Assembly: GCA_963717735.1 (NCBI GenBank)
Contig: OY970349.1
Location: 1,679,349-1,743,348, forward strand
DNA length: 64,000 nucleotides
Direction of reading: 5' to 3'
Origin: an uncultured Alphaproteobacteria bacterium
GTDB taxonomy: Bacteria; Pseudomonadota; Alphaproteobacteria; Sphingomonadales; Sphingomonadaceae
Shown here: positions 40,151 through 49,436 of the stretch, piece by piece
Layout: each line of letters starts with the position of its first letter
How positions within the stretch are numbered: the stretch's first letter is position 1
Made by a program: the position numbers and the translations under genes
The notes under the pieces: model-generated
Database searches by the model: none
What the model was told of the DNA's origin: nothing
Seen by the model: the letters and a program-made list of their open reading frames with translations, nothing else

Positions 40151-40180
40151 CGTGGGCAGGTCCGTCGTGGTCACCTTTCT

Positions 40181-40290
40181 AGCCCCTCCCCTTGATGGGG
40201 AGGGGTTGGGGTGGGGTGGAGTCTCCGGAAACGCTCGGGACGGCATTGACTCCACCCCCACCCAACCCTCCCCCATCGAGGGGGAGGGCT
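40181..40290. repeat. Intergenic palindromic element, family B (CCCTCCCC..GGGGAGGG)
   Basis: Long inverted repeat; closely related inverted copy at 60130-60241. Confidence 0.85.
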
Positions 40291-40300
40291 CTTGTACGAA

Positions 40301-40744
40301 ATGATCCGCCTGGCCGGCGCCGCGGCGACCGAGGCGTTCGGCGCCGCGCTGGCAAAGCAGCTTCGCGCGGGCGATGTCGTCGCCTTGTTCGGGCCCCTGG
40401 GCGCGGGGAAGACGACGCTTGCGCGGGGGCTGTTGCAGGGCCTGGGCCATGACGGCGAGGTCGCCAGTCCGACCTTCCCGATCGTGCAGCCCTATGATCC
40501 CCCAGACACCCGGATCGCGGTCTGGCATGTGGATCTTTATCGGATCGACGACCCGGCGGAACTCGCCGAGCTCGGCCTCGACGAGGCGCGCAGCGAAACC
40601 GCGATGCTGATCGAATGGCCCGAGCGGCTGCCCGCTTTATGGCCGGAAGCGCTGCGGCTCACCCTCGCCGTCGAGCCCGACGGCGCGCGCGCCTTGACAG
40701 CCCTGGTGCCGCCCGCTTGGGGGGGACGATGGCCTCCCCGATGA
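40301..40744 (+). CDS. tsaE: tRNA threonylcarbamoyladenosine biosynthesis ATPase
   Basis: GPLGAGKT, SPTF, HVDLYR, IEWPE. Confidence 0.95.
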   Translation: MIRLAGAAATEAFGAALAKQLRAGDVVALFGPLGAGKTTLARGLLQGLGHDGEVASPTFPIVQPYDPPDTRIAVWHVDLYRIDDPAELAELGLDEARSETAMLIEWPERLPALWPEALRLTLAVEPDGARALTALVPPAWGGRWPPR

Positions 40745-41736
40745 TTCCGCCGGCTCATGCGCCGGATTTTCTCGCCGCGCATGGCTGGGACGGATGCGAG
40801 ATCAGGCCGCTGGCCGGCGATGCCAGCTTCCGCCGCTATTTCCGAGTCCATGGCGCGGGCGGCGCGACGGCGGTGCTGATGGACGCGCCGCCCGAGCATG
40901 AGGATATCGGGCCGTTCCTCACGGTCGCCGGACACCTGCTCGACCGCGGCTTCGCACCGCCGCGGCCGCTCGCCATCGACCGCGAGAAGGGGCTTCTGCT
41001 GCTCGAGGATTTCGGCGACGACCGCGTCGGTCCCCTGCTCGCGCGCGAGCCCGGGCGCGAACGCGGCATCTACGAGTCGGCGGTCGACATCCTTGCCGAG
41101 ATCGCCGCGCAGCCCGCGCCCGGGGACCTGCCGCCCTATGACGACGCGGCGATGGGCCGGGAGGTGGCGCTGTTCACCGAATGGTATGCGCCGGCGCTGG
41201 GCATGGCCGTCGACGAGGAAGGCTATTCCCGCGCCTGGCGCGCAGTCTGGGGCGATGTGCTAAGGATCGTCGAGAGCAATCCGGTGCTGGTCCTGCGCGA
41301 TTATCATGCCGACAATCTGATGGTGATCCCCGGCCGCGACGAACTGGGCCTGCTCGACTTCCAGGACGCGCTCGCCGGCCATCCCGCCTACGATCTCGTC
41401 TCCCTGCTCCAGGATGCGCGGCGCGACGTCGATCCGGCGCTAGAGGAAGCGATGATCGCGCGCTACGTGGCCGCCGCCAGCGTCGCCGATCCCGGCCTCT
41501 TCCGCGCCCATTACGAGATCCTCGGCGCGCAGCGGAACACCAAGATCATCGGCATCTTCACGCGGCTGTGGCGGCGGGACGGCAAGGCGCATTATCTCCC
41601 CCTGCAGCCGCGGGTCTGGGCCTATCTGGAGCGCAACCTCGCCCATCCCGCGCTGGCGCCGGTCGCCGCATGGTTCGAGGCGAACGTCCCCGCCGAGATG
41701 CGCGGCGCGGCCTGCCGGCGGAGGGCGGGCGCATGA
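40729..41736 (+). CDS. amgK: Anomeric MurNAc/GlcNAc kinase (APH-like)
   Basis: LAGDASFRRYFR, LRDYHADNL, DFQDA; adjacent to murU. Confidence 0.87.
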   Translation: MASPMIPPAHAPDFLAAHGWDGCEIRPLAGDASFRRYFRVHGAGGATAVLMDAPPEHEDIGPFLTVAGHLLDRGFAPPRPLAIDREKGLLLLEDFGDDRVGPLLAREPGRERGIYESAVDILAEIAAQPAPGDLPPYDDAAMGREVALFTEWYAPALGMAVDEEGYSRAWRAVWGDVLRIVESNPVLVLRDYHADNLMVIPGRDELGLLDFQDALAGHPAYDLVSLLQDARRDVDPALEEAMIARYVAAASVADPGLFRAHYEILGAQRNTKIIGIFTRLWRRDGKAHYLPLQPRVWAYLERNLAHPALAPVAAWFEANVPAEMRGAACRRRAGA

Positions 41737-42497
41737 GCCGCACCCGGAAGCCGCTCGCCCTCCGCCCCGATCCGGGCGCCGCGGTGCCGGCGACGGCGAT
41801 GGTGATGGCGGCGGGGCTCGGCAAGCGCATGCGCCCGCTCACCGCTACTCGGCCGAAGCCGCTGATCGAGGTCGCCGGACGCACGCTGATCGATCATGCG
41901 CTGGCCCGGCTCAAGGCGGCCGGCGTCGGCAAGGCGGTGATCAACGTCCATTATCTGCCCGACGCGTTGGAGGCGCATCTTAAGAACCGAGTCAAAGGCA
42001 TTGAAATCGCTGTCTCCGACGAGCGCGCGCTTCTGCTTGAGACCGGCGGCGGGCTCAAGCGCGCGCTGCCCCTGATCGACGCCGACCCGTTCCTCGTCGT
42101 CAACTCGGACAATCTGTGGATCGACGGTCCGGTCGACACGCTGCGCCTGCTCGCGGCGGGCTGGGACGACGCGCGGATGGACGCCCTGCTGCTGCTGGTG
42201 CCGCTGGCGCGCGCCCATTGCCACAGCGGCCGCGGCGACTTCCACATGAGCGCCACCGGCAAGCTCCGCCGCCGCAAGGCCAATGGCGTCGCGCCCTTCG
42301 TCTATACCGGTCTCCAGATCCTCTCCAAGCGCCTGTTCGCGGGCGAGACGCCCGACGGGGCCTTCTCGACCAACCTCCTGTGGGACCGCGCCATCGCCGC
42401 CGGACGCTGCTTCGGCATCGTCCATCAGGGCCTCTGGTTCGACATCGGCGCGCCGGCGAACATCAAGAAGGCGGAGGCGATGCTCGGCGACGCCTAG
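41733..42497 (+). CDS. murU: MurNAc-1-phosphate uridylyltransferase
   Basis: AAGLGKRMRPLT..RPKPL, LETGGG, WFDIG. Confidence 0.87.
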   Translation: MSRTRKPLALRPDPGAAVPATAMVMAAGLGKRMRPLTATRPKPLIEVAGRTLIDHALARLKAAGVGKAVINVHYLPDALEAHLKNRVKGIEIAVSDERALLLETGGGLKRALPLIDADPFLVVNSDNLWIDGPVDTLRLLAAGWDDARMDALLLLVPLARAHCHSGRGDFHMSATGKLRRRKANGVAPFVYTGLQILSKRLFAGETPDGAFSTNLLWDRAIAAGRCFGIVHQGLWFDIGAPANIKKAEAMLGDA

Positions 42498-42551
42498 GCC
42501 GAAAAGAAAGAGGCCATTCCTTCCCCTTTGCCGGCCCGCTAGGCTGCCCGA

Positions 42552-45488
42552 GTGACCCCCGCCGTCTTCACCATCCCGCCGCACCGCGCCTTCGCCGACG
42601 CGCTCGCCGCCGGGCTCTTGGCGCGCCACGGAAGCGAGAAGACGGGGCTGGCGCGGGGGATCGTGCTGGTCCCCAACAACCGCGCCGCCCGCGCCGTCCA
42701 GGATGCGTTCGTGCGGCGCTCGGACGGGGGCTTGCTGTTGCCGCGGCTGGTTCCGGTCGGCGATCCCGAGCTGGACGAGCGGATCGGCGGAATGCTCGAG
42801 CCGCTCGGCGAGGGCGAGGCGCCGGTGCCGCCCGCGATCGAGCCGGCGCGGCGGCTGATGCTGCTGGCGCGGCTCGTCCAGATGCACCTGGGGGCGGACG
42901 CGGCCGAGGCGGTGCGTCTCGCCGCCGACCTCGCCCGCACCCTCGATCAGTTGCTGATCGAGGAGGTCGATCCCGCCCGCCTTGCCGGCTTCGCGGCCGA
43001 CTTGCCCGATCTGTCGATCCACTGGCAGAAGTCGCTCGGCCAGCTTCGCCTGATCCTCACCGACTGGCCGGCGGCGCTCGCCGAGCGCGGCCGGATCGAC
43101 CTCGCCGACCGCCGCAACCGCCTGCTCGCGGCGGCCGCCAGGAGATGGCTCGACCGGCCGCCGCCGGGCTTCGTCTGCGCCGCCGGCATCACCACCGCCG
43201 CGCCCGCCGTGGCGCGGCTGCTCGGCGTGGTTGCGCGGCTCGAGCGGGCTATGGTGGTGCTTCCGGCGCTCGACCTCGAAATGGACGAAGAGGAGTGGGA
43301 TTCGCTTGGCCCCCACGAGCCCGACGACAGCGGCCATCGCAAGCGTTCGATCGAGACCCATCCGCAATTCAACCTCAAGCTTCTGCTCGACAGGATGAGC
43401 GTCGGACGAAAGGAGGTCGTTCGCTGGCGCTGGGGTGGCGGAAGGGATGCGCCGGCGGCGCGCAGCCGCGCCATCGCCAACGCCATGGCGCCCGCCCAGC
43501 ACAGCGCCAAATGGCAAAGCCTGCGCCCCGCCGAGCGGCGCCTGACCGGCGTGCGCGCGCTCGAGCTCGCCGATCCGGCCGAAGAGGCGCAGGCGATCGC
43601 CATTGCGCTGCGCCAGGCGTTGGAGGAACCCGGCCGCACCGCCGCGCTGGTGACGCCCGACCGAGCGCTCGCCCGCCGCGTCTCGGCGCATCTCAAGCGC
43701 TGGCACATCGAGGCCGACGACAGCGCCGGCCGGCCGCTCTCGCAGACCCCGCCCGGCACCCTGCTGCTCGCCGCCGCCACCGCCGCGGCCGAACGGTTCG
43801 CGCCGGTCGCCCTGCTGGCTTTGCTAAAGCACCCGTTGGCGATGGCGGGGAGCGGCCGGCTCGACTGGCTGGACGGCGCGCGCGGCCTCGACCTCGCTTT
43901 GCGCGGGCCGCGGCCGCCGGCGGGGCTGGCCGGGATCGACGCCCATCTTGCCGACCGGAACGGGCGCGACGGCAGGCTCCGCGAGGCGGCGGCGGCCTGG
44001 TGGCCGGCGGCGTCGGCCTTGATCGCGCCGCTGGAGCGCGCCTTCGAGGAAGGCAGCAGCCTTCCGGCGCTGCTTGCCGCGCTCCGCGAAACCGTATCGC
44101 GGCTCGCCGGCGATCCGGCCTGGTCGGGCCCGGCCGGGCGCGCCGCGGCGGAACTGCTCGCCGAGCTGGAGGCGGCGGCGGGGGAGGGGCCGGAGCGGGT
44201 CGAGGCCGCCCACCTGCCCGATCTGCTCGAGCGGCTGATGGCGGCAGTGGCGGTCCGCCCGCCTTACGGCCAGCATCCGCGGATCGCCATCTGGGGCCTG
44301 CTCGAGGCCCGGTTGCAGCATGCCGACCTGCTGGTTCTCGGCGGTCTCAACGAAGGCGTCTGGCCGGCGCTGCCGGCGCCCGACCCATGGCTGGCGCCGC
44401 GCCTCCGCTCGGAGCTCGGCTTGCCCTCGCTGGAACGGCGGATCGGGCTTGCCGGGCACGATTTCGCCTCCGCTCTGGGCGCCCGGCAGGTGCTCGTCAC
44501 CCGCGCCCGGCGCGACGCGCGGTCGCCGGCGATCGCTTCGCGCTTCTGGCTGCGGCTGGAGGCGATGACCGGCGGGCTGACCCGCGCCCCCGATTTGCGC
44601 AAATGGGCGCGGGCGATCGACCGGCCCGCGGCCCACCGGCCCGCCGCGCGGCCGGCGCCCGCGCCCGATCCGAAGCTCAGGCCCCGCGCCATCTCGGTGA
44701 CCGAGGTCGACCGGCTCAAGGCCGATCCCTACGCCTTCTATGCCCGCAAGATGCTGGCGCTGATGGCGCTCGATCCGGTCGACGCCGATCCCACCGCCGC
44801 CTGGCGCGGCAGCGCCGTCCACGCGGTGCTCGAAGCCTGGATGAAGGAGGACGATTGCGACCCGGCGAAGCTGCGCGCCCGCGCCGAAGCGCTGCTCGAC
44901 GCGCAGGAGGCGCATCCGCTGATGCGCGCGCTCTGGCAGCCGCGCCTGACCGAGGCGATCGATTTCATCGCCACCCGGGTCGAGGCGAACCGCGCCGAAG
45001 GCCGGCGGCCGCTGGCGGCCGAGGCGCGCGGAACGCGCGAGATCGGCGGCGTCAGCCTCCACGGCATCGCCGACCGGATCGACGTCATGGCGGACGGCGG
45101 CCTCGCCATCGTCGACTACAAGACCGGCGGCCCGCCGAGCGGCAAGGCGGTCGCCGAAGGCTATTCGCTCCAATTGGGCCTGCTCGGCCTGATCGCCGAG
45201 CAGGGCGGCTTCGCCGGTGTCGAGGGCGCCGCCGCCTGCTTCGAATATTGGAGCCTCGCCCGCGACCAGCGCTCGGGCCGGCTCGGCTATGTGAAGAGCC
45301 CGGTCGGCGGGCGGAGCGGGCTCGACGCGGCGGATTTCACCGCCCTCGCCGCGCGCAATTTCATCGGCGCCGCTGCGAAATGGCTGACCGGCGGCGAGCC
45401 GTTCACCGCCAAGCTCCACCCGGAATATGCGCCCTATGGCGATTACGACCAGCTGATGCGCCTCGACGAATGGTACGGCCGCGAATGA
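42552..45488 (+). CDS. addB: Double-strand break repair protein AddB
   Basis: VPNNRA, ALVTPDR, IWGLLEARL, ADRID..IVDYKTG nuclease motif. Confidence 0.95.
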   Translation: MTPAVFTIPPHRAFADALAAGLLARHGSEKTGLARGIVLVPNNRAARAVQDAFVRRSDGGLLLPRLVPVGDPELDERIGGMLEPLGEGEAPVPPAIEPARRLMLLARLVQMHLGADAAEAVRLAADLARTLDQLLIEEVDPARLAGFAADLPDLSIHWQKSLGQLRLILTDWPAALAERGRIDLADRRNRLLAAAARRWLDRPPPGFVCAAGITTAAPAVARLLGVVARLERAMVVLPALDLEMDEEEWDSLGPHEPDDSGHRKRSIETHPQFNLKLLLDRMSVGRKEVVRWRWGGGRDAPAARSRAIANAMAPAQHSAKWQSLRPAERRLTGVRALELADPAEEAQAIAIALRQALEEPGRTAALVTPDRALARRVSAHLKRWHIEADDSAGRPLSQTPPGTLLLAAATAAAERFAPVALLALLKHPLAMAGSGRLDWLDGARGLDLALRGPRPPAGLAGIDAHLADRNGRDGRLREAAAAWWPAASALIAPLERAFEEGSSLPALLAALRETVSRLAGDPAWSGPAGRAAAELLAELEAAAGEGPERVEAAHLPDLLERLMAAVAVRPPYGQHPRIAIWGLLEARLQHADLLVLGGLNEGVWPALPAPDPWLAPRLRSELGLPSLERRIGLAGHDFASALGARQVLVTRARRDARSPAIASRFWLRLEAMTGGLTRAPDLRKWARAIDRPAAHRPAARPAPAPDPKLRPRAISVTEVDRLKADPYAFYARKMLALMALDPVDADPTAAWRGSAVHAVLEAWMKEDDCDPAKLRARAEALLDAQEAHPLMRALWQPRLTEAIDFIATRVEANRAEGRRPLAAEARGTREIGGVSLHGIADRIDVMADGGLAIVDYKTGGPPSGKAVAEGYSLQLGLLGLIAEQGGFAGVEGAAACFEYWSLARDQRSGRLGYVKSPVGGRSGLDAADFTALAARNFIGAAAKWLTGGEPFTAKLHPEYAPYGDYDQLMRLDEWYGRE

Positions 45489-45490
45489 GG

Positions 45491-45513
45491 AAAAGAGGGA
45501 CTGTCCCTATTTT
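45491..45513. repeat. AGGGACTGTCCCT palindrome immediately after addB
   Basis: Same core as the 20153-20228 units. Confidence 0.65.
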
Positions 45514-46275
45514 TCAGGCGAGGGCGCGCCAGATGCCGTAGGCGCTGGTCGCGGTGAGCACGATCCCGACCATGACCAGCAGACCCCGCGCCGGAACCCT
45601 CTTGGCGACGAGGCCGCCGAGCGGCGCCGCGGCGACGCCGCCGATCAGCAGGCCCGCCATCGCCTTGGTGAAGGCCTCGGCGCCGAGCGAGAACAGGAAG
45701 GTCGCAGAGATCGTGACGGCGAGGAAGAATTCGGCGGTGTTGACCGTGCCGATCACCTTCCTGGGATGAGCGCCCTGGACGAGGAGGTTCGAGGTCACCA
45801 CCGGTCCCCAGCCGCCGCCGCCGGCCGCGTCGAGGAAGCCGCCGACCAGGCCGAGCGGCTCGACGATCCTGGGCTTGCGCTCCCGGTGGCCGTGCCGAAA
45901 ACCGCGCCATAGCAGGTAAAGGCCGATGCCGGCGAGATAGGCGAGGACGATCGGGCGCGCGTAGCCGACCGGAATTTGGGTAAGCACATAGGCGCCCAGG
46001 ATGCCGCCGATGATGCCGGGAATGACGATCCGCCGGAACAGGCGCCAATTGACGTTCTTGTGAAGGACGTGGCTGATCCCCGATGCGCCCGTGGTGAACA
46101 CTTCCACGGCATGGACGCTGGCCGAAGCCGCCGCCGGAGGGACTCCGAGGCTGACCAGCAAGGTGCTCGAAATCACCCCGAACGCCATGCCGAGGGCGCC
46201 GTCGACGAGTTGCGCCGCGAAGCCGACCAGGATGAAGGGCAGGAGATCGGCGAAGGTGGCGACGCTGAGGTCCAA
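45514..46275 (-). CDS. Sulfite exporter TauE/SafE (TSUP) family
   Basis: AQLVDGALGMAFG, GGFLDAAGGGGWGP; TTG start with SD GGGGAG. Confidence 0.9.
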   Translation of the reverse strand: MDLSVATFADLLPFILVGFAAQLVDGALGMAFGVISSTLLVSLGVPPAAASASVHAVEVFTTGASGISHVLHKNVNWRLFRRIVIPGIIGGILGAYVLTQIPVGYARPIVLAYLAGIGLYLLWRGFRHGHRERKPRIVEPLGLVGGFLDAAGGGGWGPVVTSNLLVQGAHPRKVIGTVNTAEFFLAVTISATFLFSLGAEAFTKAMAGLLIGGVAAAPLGGLVAKRVPARGLLVMVGIVLTATSAYGIWRALA

Positions 46276-46462
46276 AGAACGAAGCTCCCCCGCAGGGCGT
46301 GATAACAATCCCGCTACGCCCATAGCGTCGCGCCGGCCCGGTGCAAATGCCGGGCGACCGGATTGGTTGCGCCGGCGCCGCACGGCCGGGTTAGTAAATC
46401 GTAAACCTCCATGGCCGAAAATGCGCGCAACGGCCGACGGCCGGCCTGTCGAGAGCGAGAAC

Positions 46463-47413
46463 GTGGATACAGTCTATTCCCTGTCCGGCGACGTCCCGCC
46501 GGTGGAAGTCGGCCTTGAAGGCGACGATGCCGCGCTGTGGCCGGGCGCGCTCACCTCTGGCAGCATCCGCCAGGCCTGCTCGGTGCGGAAATTGAGCGCG
46601 GGCGGCGCCGTTCTCCATGTCGACCATGAGGTCGAGGTCGGCGAGCGTCTAGAGCTCGAGCTGATGACCGGCGAGCCGCTCGACGGCACGGTCGTTTGGC
46701 GGCGCGGCTCGGAAGTCGGCCTGCGCTTCGACCGGCAGATCAACGTCTTCGCGCTCATTGCCCAGGACATCGTCAGCCAGCCCGGCGAACGCCGCCGCAT
46801 GCCGCGCGTCGAGCTGACCTGTCCCGCTCTGCTCGAGACGGACTCCGGCACCGAATATGTGATGACGCGCAACGTCTCGCAGGGGGGCGTGAAGATCGAC
46901 GTTCCGTTCCCGCTCGAGCTCGAAGCGCGGGTCACCGTCACGCTCGACGGGCTGCGCCCGGTGAACGGCGTGGTGCGCTGGTCGCAGGGCCATGTCGCCG
47001 GCATCGCCTTCCTGCCCGAGCTGCGCTGGCAGGAGGTGATGCTCTGGCTCAAGGAGCGCCGCGCCGCGACCTGCGACGCTTTTCCCGTCCGCGAGGACTC
47101 GCCCAAATCGGCCGAACCCGCGTTCAGCGACGAGAGCGGGGTCCAGCTCAACCTCGCGGCGCGGGTGCGCGAGGGAACGAGGCGCTGGTCGATCGAGGTC
47201 GCTTCGATCTCGACCCGCTCGGTCGCGTTCGACTCCTACGCCGCGCTGCAGATCGGGTCCCTGCTCTGGGTCGTGCTTCCGGGCCTCGAAGGCTGGCCGG
47301 CTCGGATCGTCACGGTCGAGGGCTACCGCTTCACCTGCGAGTTCACGCAGCCGCTCCACCCGGCCGTGCTCGAGCGCATCCTGACCTTGGGCAAGAACCA
47401 GGATCAGGACTGA
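46463..47413 (+). CDS. Multi-PilZ domain protein
   Basis: Three PilZ-like repeats; the middle one has RRRMPR and NVSQGG. Start uncertain (46421 alternative). Confidence 0.82.
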   Translation: MDTVYSLSGDVPPVEVGLEGDDAALWPGALTSGSIRQACSVRKLSAGGAVLHVDHEVEVGERLELELMTGEPLDGTVVWRRGSEVGLRFDRQINVFALIAQDIVSQPGERRRMPRVELTCPALLETDSGTEYVMTRNVSQGGVKIDVPFPLELEARVTVTLDGLRPVNGVVRWSQGHVAGIAFLPELRWQEVMLWLKERRAATCDAFPVREDSPKSAEPAFSDESGVQLNLAARVREGTRRWSIEVASISTRSVAFDSYAALQIGSLLWVVLPGLEGWPARIVTVEGYRFTCEFTQPLHPAVLERILTLGKNQDQD

Positions 47414-47498
47414 CCCGACTTTTCGAATGCAATTCCGCAGGATGGACAGAGCCTGCGGTCCGCTTATGCTCCCCTGCGAAGCAAATGGGGACTCGGAC

Positions 47499-48488
47499 AT
47501 GGTGACGCGCGCCGGAGCGGGCGATCTGCAGCATTTGCGCGGCGATGCGGTTCGGCCGGCTGCGCCCGTGTTCAGGGCGCCGCACAGCCATGTCGACGGC
47601 TTCCTGCCCGTCGAGCTCGCCCGCGACATGCGCGTTGCGATCGACCGCCATTTCGCCGAGCCCTACAAGCAGACCGCGGCTCACCAAGTCTGGAATTATT
47701 GGTTCGTGCCGGACATGTACACGTTCCTGAGGACCCAGCCCGACAAGGTCATCCCGCGGGTCCTCGTCGAGCGGTTCCATGCCGCGCTGACCGCCTGGGC
47801 CTGGAACACGCTGGGCCTCGGTTACGTCACCCATCCCTATCTCAGCCTCTATGTCGACGGCTGCGAGCAGTCGCTTCACAACGACTCGGGCAACGGCCGT
47901 TTCGGCTATGTCTATTCGCTGACCAGGGACGAGCGCGACACCCGCGGCGGCGAGACGATCGTGATGCACGAGGGCGACCTTTACCGCGCCAACCTCACCA
48001 CCATGACCGGCGGCCGCGGCGGCCTTTACGAGATGATCGAGCCGCGCTTCAACCGGCTGGCCATTTTCGACGACCGCATGCCGCACGGCGTGCACCGGAT
48101 CGAAGGCTCGATGAACCCGGTCGAAGGACGACTCGTCCTCCATGGCCATATCAGCGAGACCGGTGCGGGCACCAAGGGGCCGCTCGGCCCCGCCGAGGTC
48201 GGGCCGCCAATGGAGGACGCGGCCAACAAGGCGCTGTCCGCCTTCGAGATGACCTGCGACCCGCACGGGCCGATCGTTATCCGGCTGCGGATCGGCCCGT
48301 CGGGCAGGGTGGAAGAGGCGCTGCTCGTCCTCGACCGGCTGGCTTTCCCGGACGGCGCCTCGACCGCGGGCATCGCCGAAGCGGTGCGCGAAGCGGCCGC
48401 CTGCGCGATCTTCCCGCCCGCCGACGCGCCGACCGAGGCGATCGTCCCGGTGATGATCGGCGGACCGCTCCCCTCGACCAGGAAATAG
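47499..48488 (+). CDS. 2OG-Fe(II) oxygenase with C-terminal extension
   Basis: HND (HxD), GGE, PHGV distal His, R for 2OG binding. Confidence 0.8.
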   Translation: MVTRAGAGDLQHLRGDAVRPAAPVFRAPHSHVDGFLPVELARDMRVAIDRHFAEPYKQTAAHQVWNYWFVPDMYTFLRTQPDKVIPRVLVERFHAALTAWAWNTLGLGYVTHPYLSLYVDGCEQSLHNDSGNGRFGYVYSLTRDERDTRGGETIVMHEGDLYRANLTTMTGGRGGLYEMIEPRFNRLAIFDDRMPHGVHRIEGSMNPVEGRLVLHGHISETGAGTKGPLGPAEVGPPMEDAANKALSAFEMTCDPHGPIVIRLRIGPSGRVEEALLVLDRLAFPDGASTAGIAEAVREAAACAIFPPADAPTEAIVPVMIGGPLPSTRK

Positions 48489-48492
48489 GGTC

Positions 48493-48711
48493 TTAGCTTT
48501 CGCGGTCGCCGCTTTTGCGGGCCCGGTTGGCGTAGAGCAGAGCGGCGACCAGTGCGGCCGAGCCAATACCGATCGCGGCCCCGGTAATCAGATTCTTGCG
48601 CCCGCCTGCTGGAGTCTTGACCGCCTTCACCGCGGCGGCGGACCGGCTCGCCTCTGATTCGGGCGGACCGTCGACCGGCGCGTCGTCGGGATAGGAGGGT
48701 TCATCGGCCAT
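48493..48711 (-). CDS. Small single-TM protein
   Basis: GAAIGIGSAALVAALLY; SD AAGGGA. Confidence 0.7.
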   Translation of the reverse strand: MADEPSYPDDAPVDGPPESEASRSAAAVKAVKTPAGGRKNLITGAAIGIGSAALVAALLYANRARKSGDRES

Positions 48712-48745
48712 CGGCTTCCCTTAGCCTGTAGCCTTACGGATGCAA

Positions 48746-48777
48746 GAAGGACGGCGGCTTTCGCCACCGTCCTTTCT
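48746..48777. terminator. Terminator downstream of the Tat repeat gene
   Basis: GAAGGACGGCGG...CCACCGTCCTTTC hairpin. Confidence 0.6.
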
Positions 48778-48795
48778 CGAAATCGCCTGCGATCT

Positions 48796-49260
48796 TCAGT
48801 TGTGCCGGCCGCGTCCGCAGCGGGCGGGATCCGCCCAGGAACCGCGGTCGCTGTCGGTCAGGCCCGAGCAGCGGCGGCCGCGCCGGCCCCTGCCATTGCC
48901 GCCCGGATCGGCATTGGCGCCGGAATCGCGATCGGTGAGCCCGGTGGTCCGGCGGCGGCCGCGGTTGCCGCGTCCGCGGCCCGGCGGATCTGAATTGGGG
49001 CCGCTGTCGCTGTCGCTATAACCTCCGCCCCGATTGCCCCGGCCCCGGCCCGGCGGATCGGAATTGGGCCCGCTGTCGGAATCGCTCCCGCCGCCGCGCC
49101 CGCGTCCGGGCGGATCGGAATTGGGCCCGCTGTCGCTGTCGCTGATCTGGAGCGCCTCGGCCTCTCCGCTCATCATCATCAGCGCGCCGCCGCCGACGAT
49201 CGCTCCGCCCGCGACCCGTCCGAGGAACGAACGCCGGCTCAACTTCCGCGTGGGTTTCAT
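48796..49260 (-). CDS. Tat-exported protein of five [ST]DxDxGxxxDPxxxGRG repeats
   Basis: SD GGGGAG, SRRSFL Tat motif, AEA cleavage after residue 36, repeats with synonymous variation. Confidence 0.82.
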   Translation of the reverse strand: MKPTRKLSRRSFLGRVAGGAIVGGGALMMMSGEAEALQISDSDSGPNSDPPGRGRGGGSDSDSGPNSDPPGRGRGNRGGGYSDSDSGPNSDPPGRGRGNRGRRRTTGLTDRDSGANADPGGNGRGRRGRRCSGLTDSDRGSWADPARCGRGRHN

Positions 49261-49436
49261 GTTGTTCTCCCCAATATCCCGAGCGGTGTCGGCGCCTGGC
49301 AGCCAATCCAAGGGCGTCGGTCCTGCTCGGACGCGAGCGACCCTAAAGACGCACGGCACGCTGTCAAGAAGTTGCACCGCCGATACGAACGGAAAAACGA
49401 GAAGCGGCCGAGCCGGCGATCGGCTAAGCGCGGGGC

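Noticed and set aside
48981-49143. CRISPR-like ~37-bp direct repeats with variable spacers
   Set aside because: The repeats are in frame within the Tat protein, vary at synonymous sites and have codon-multiple periods; no cas genes are present.
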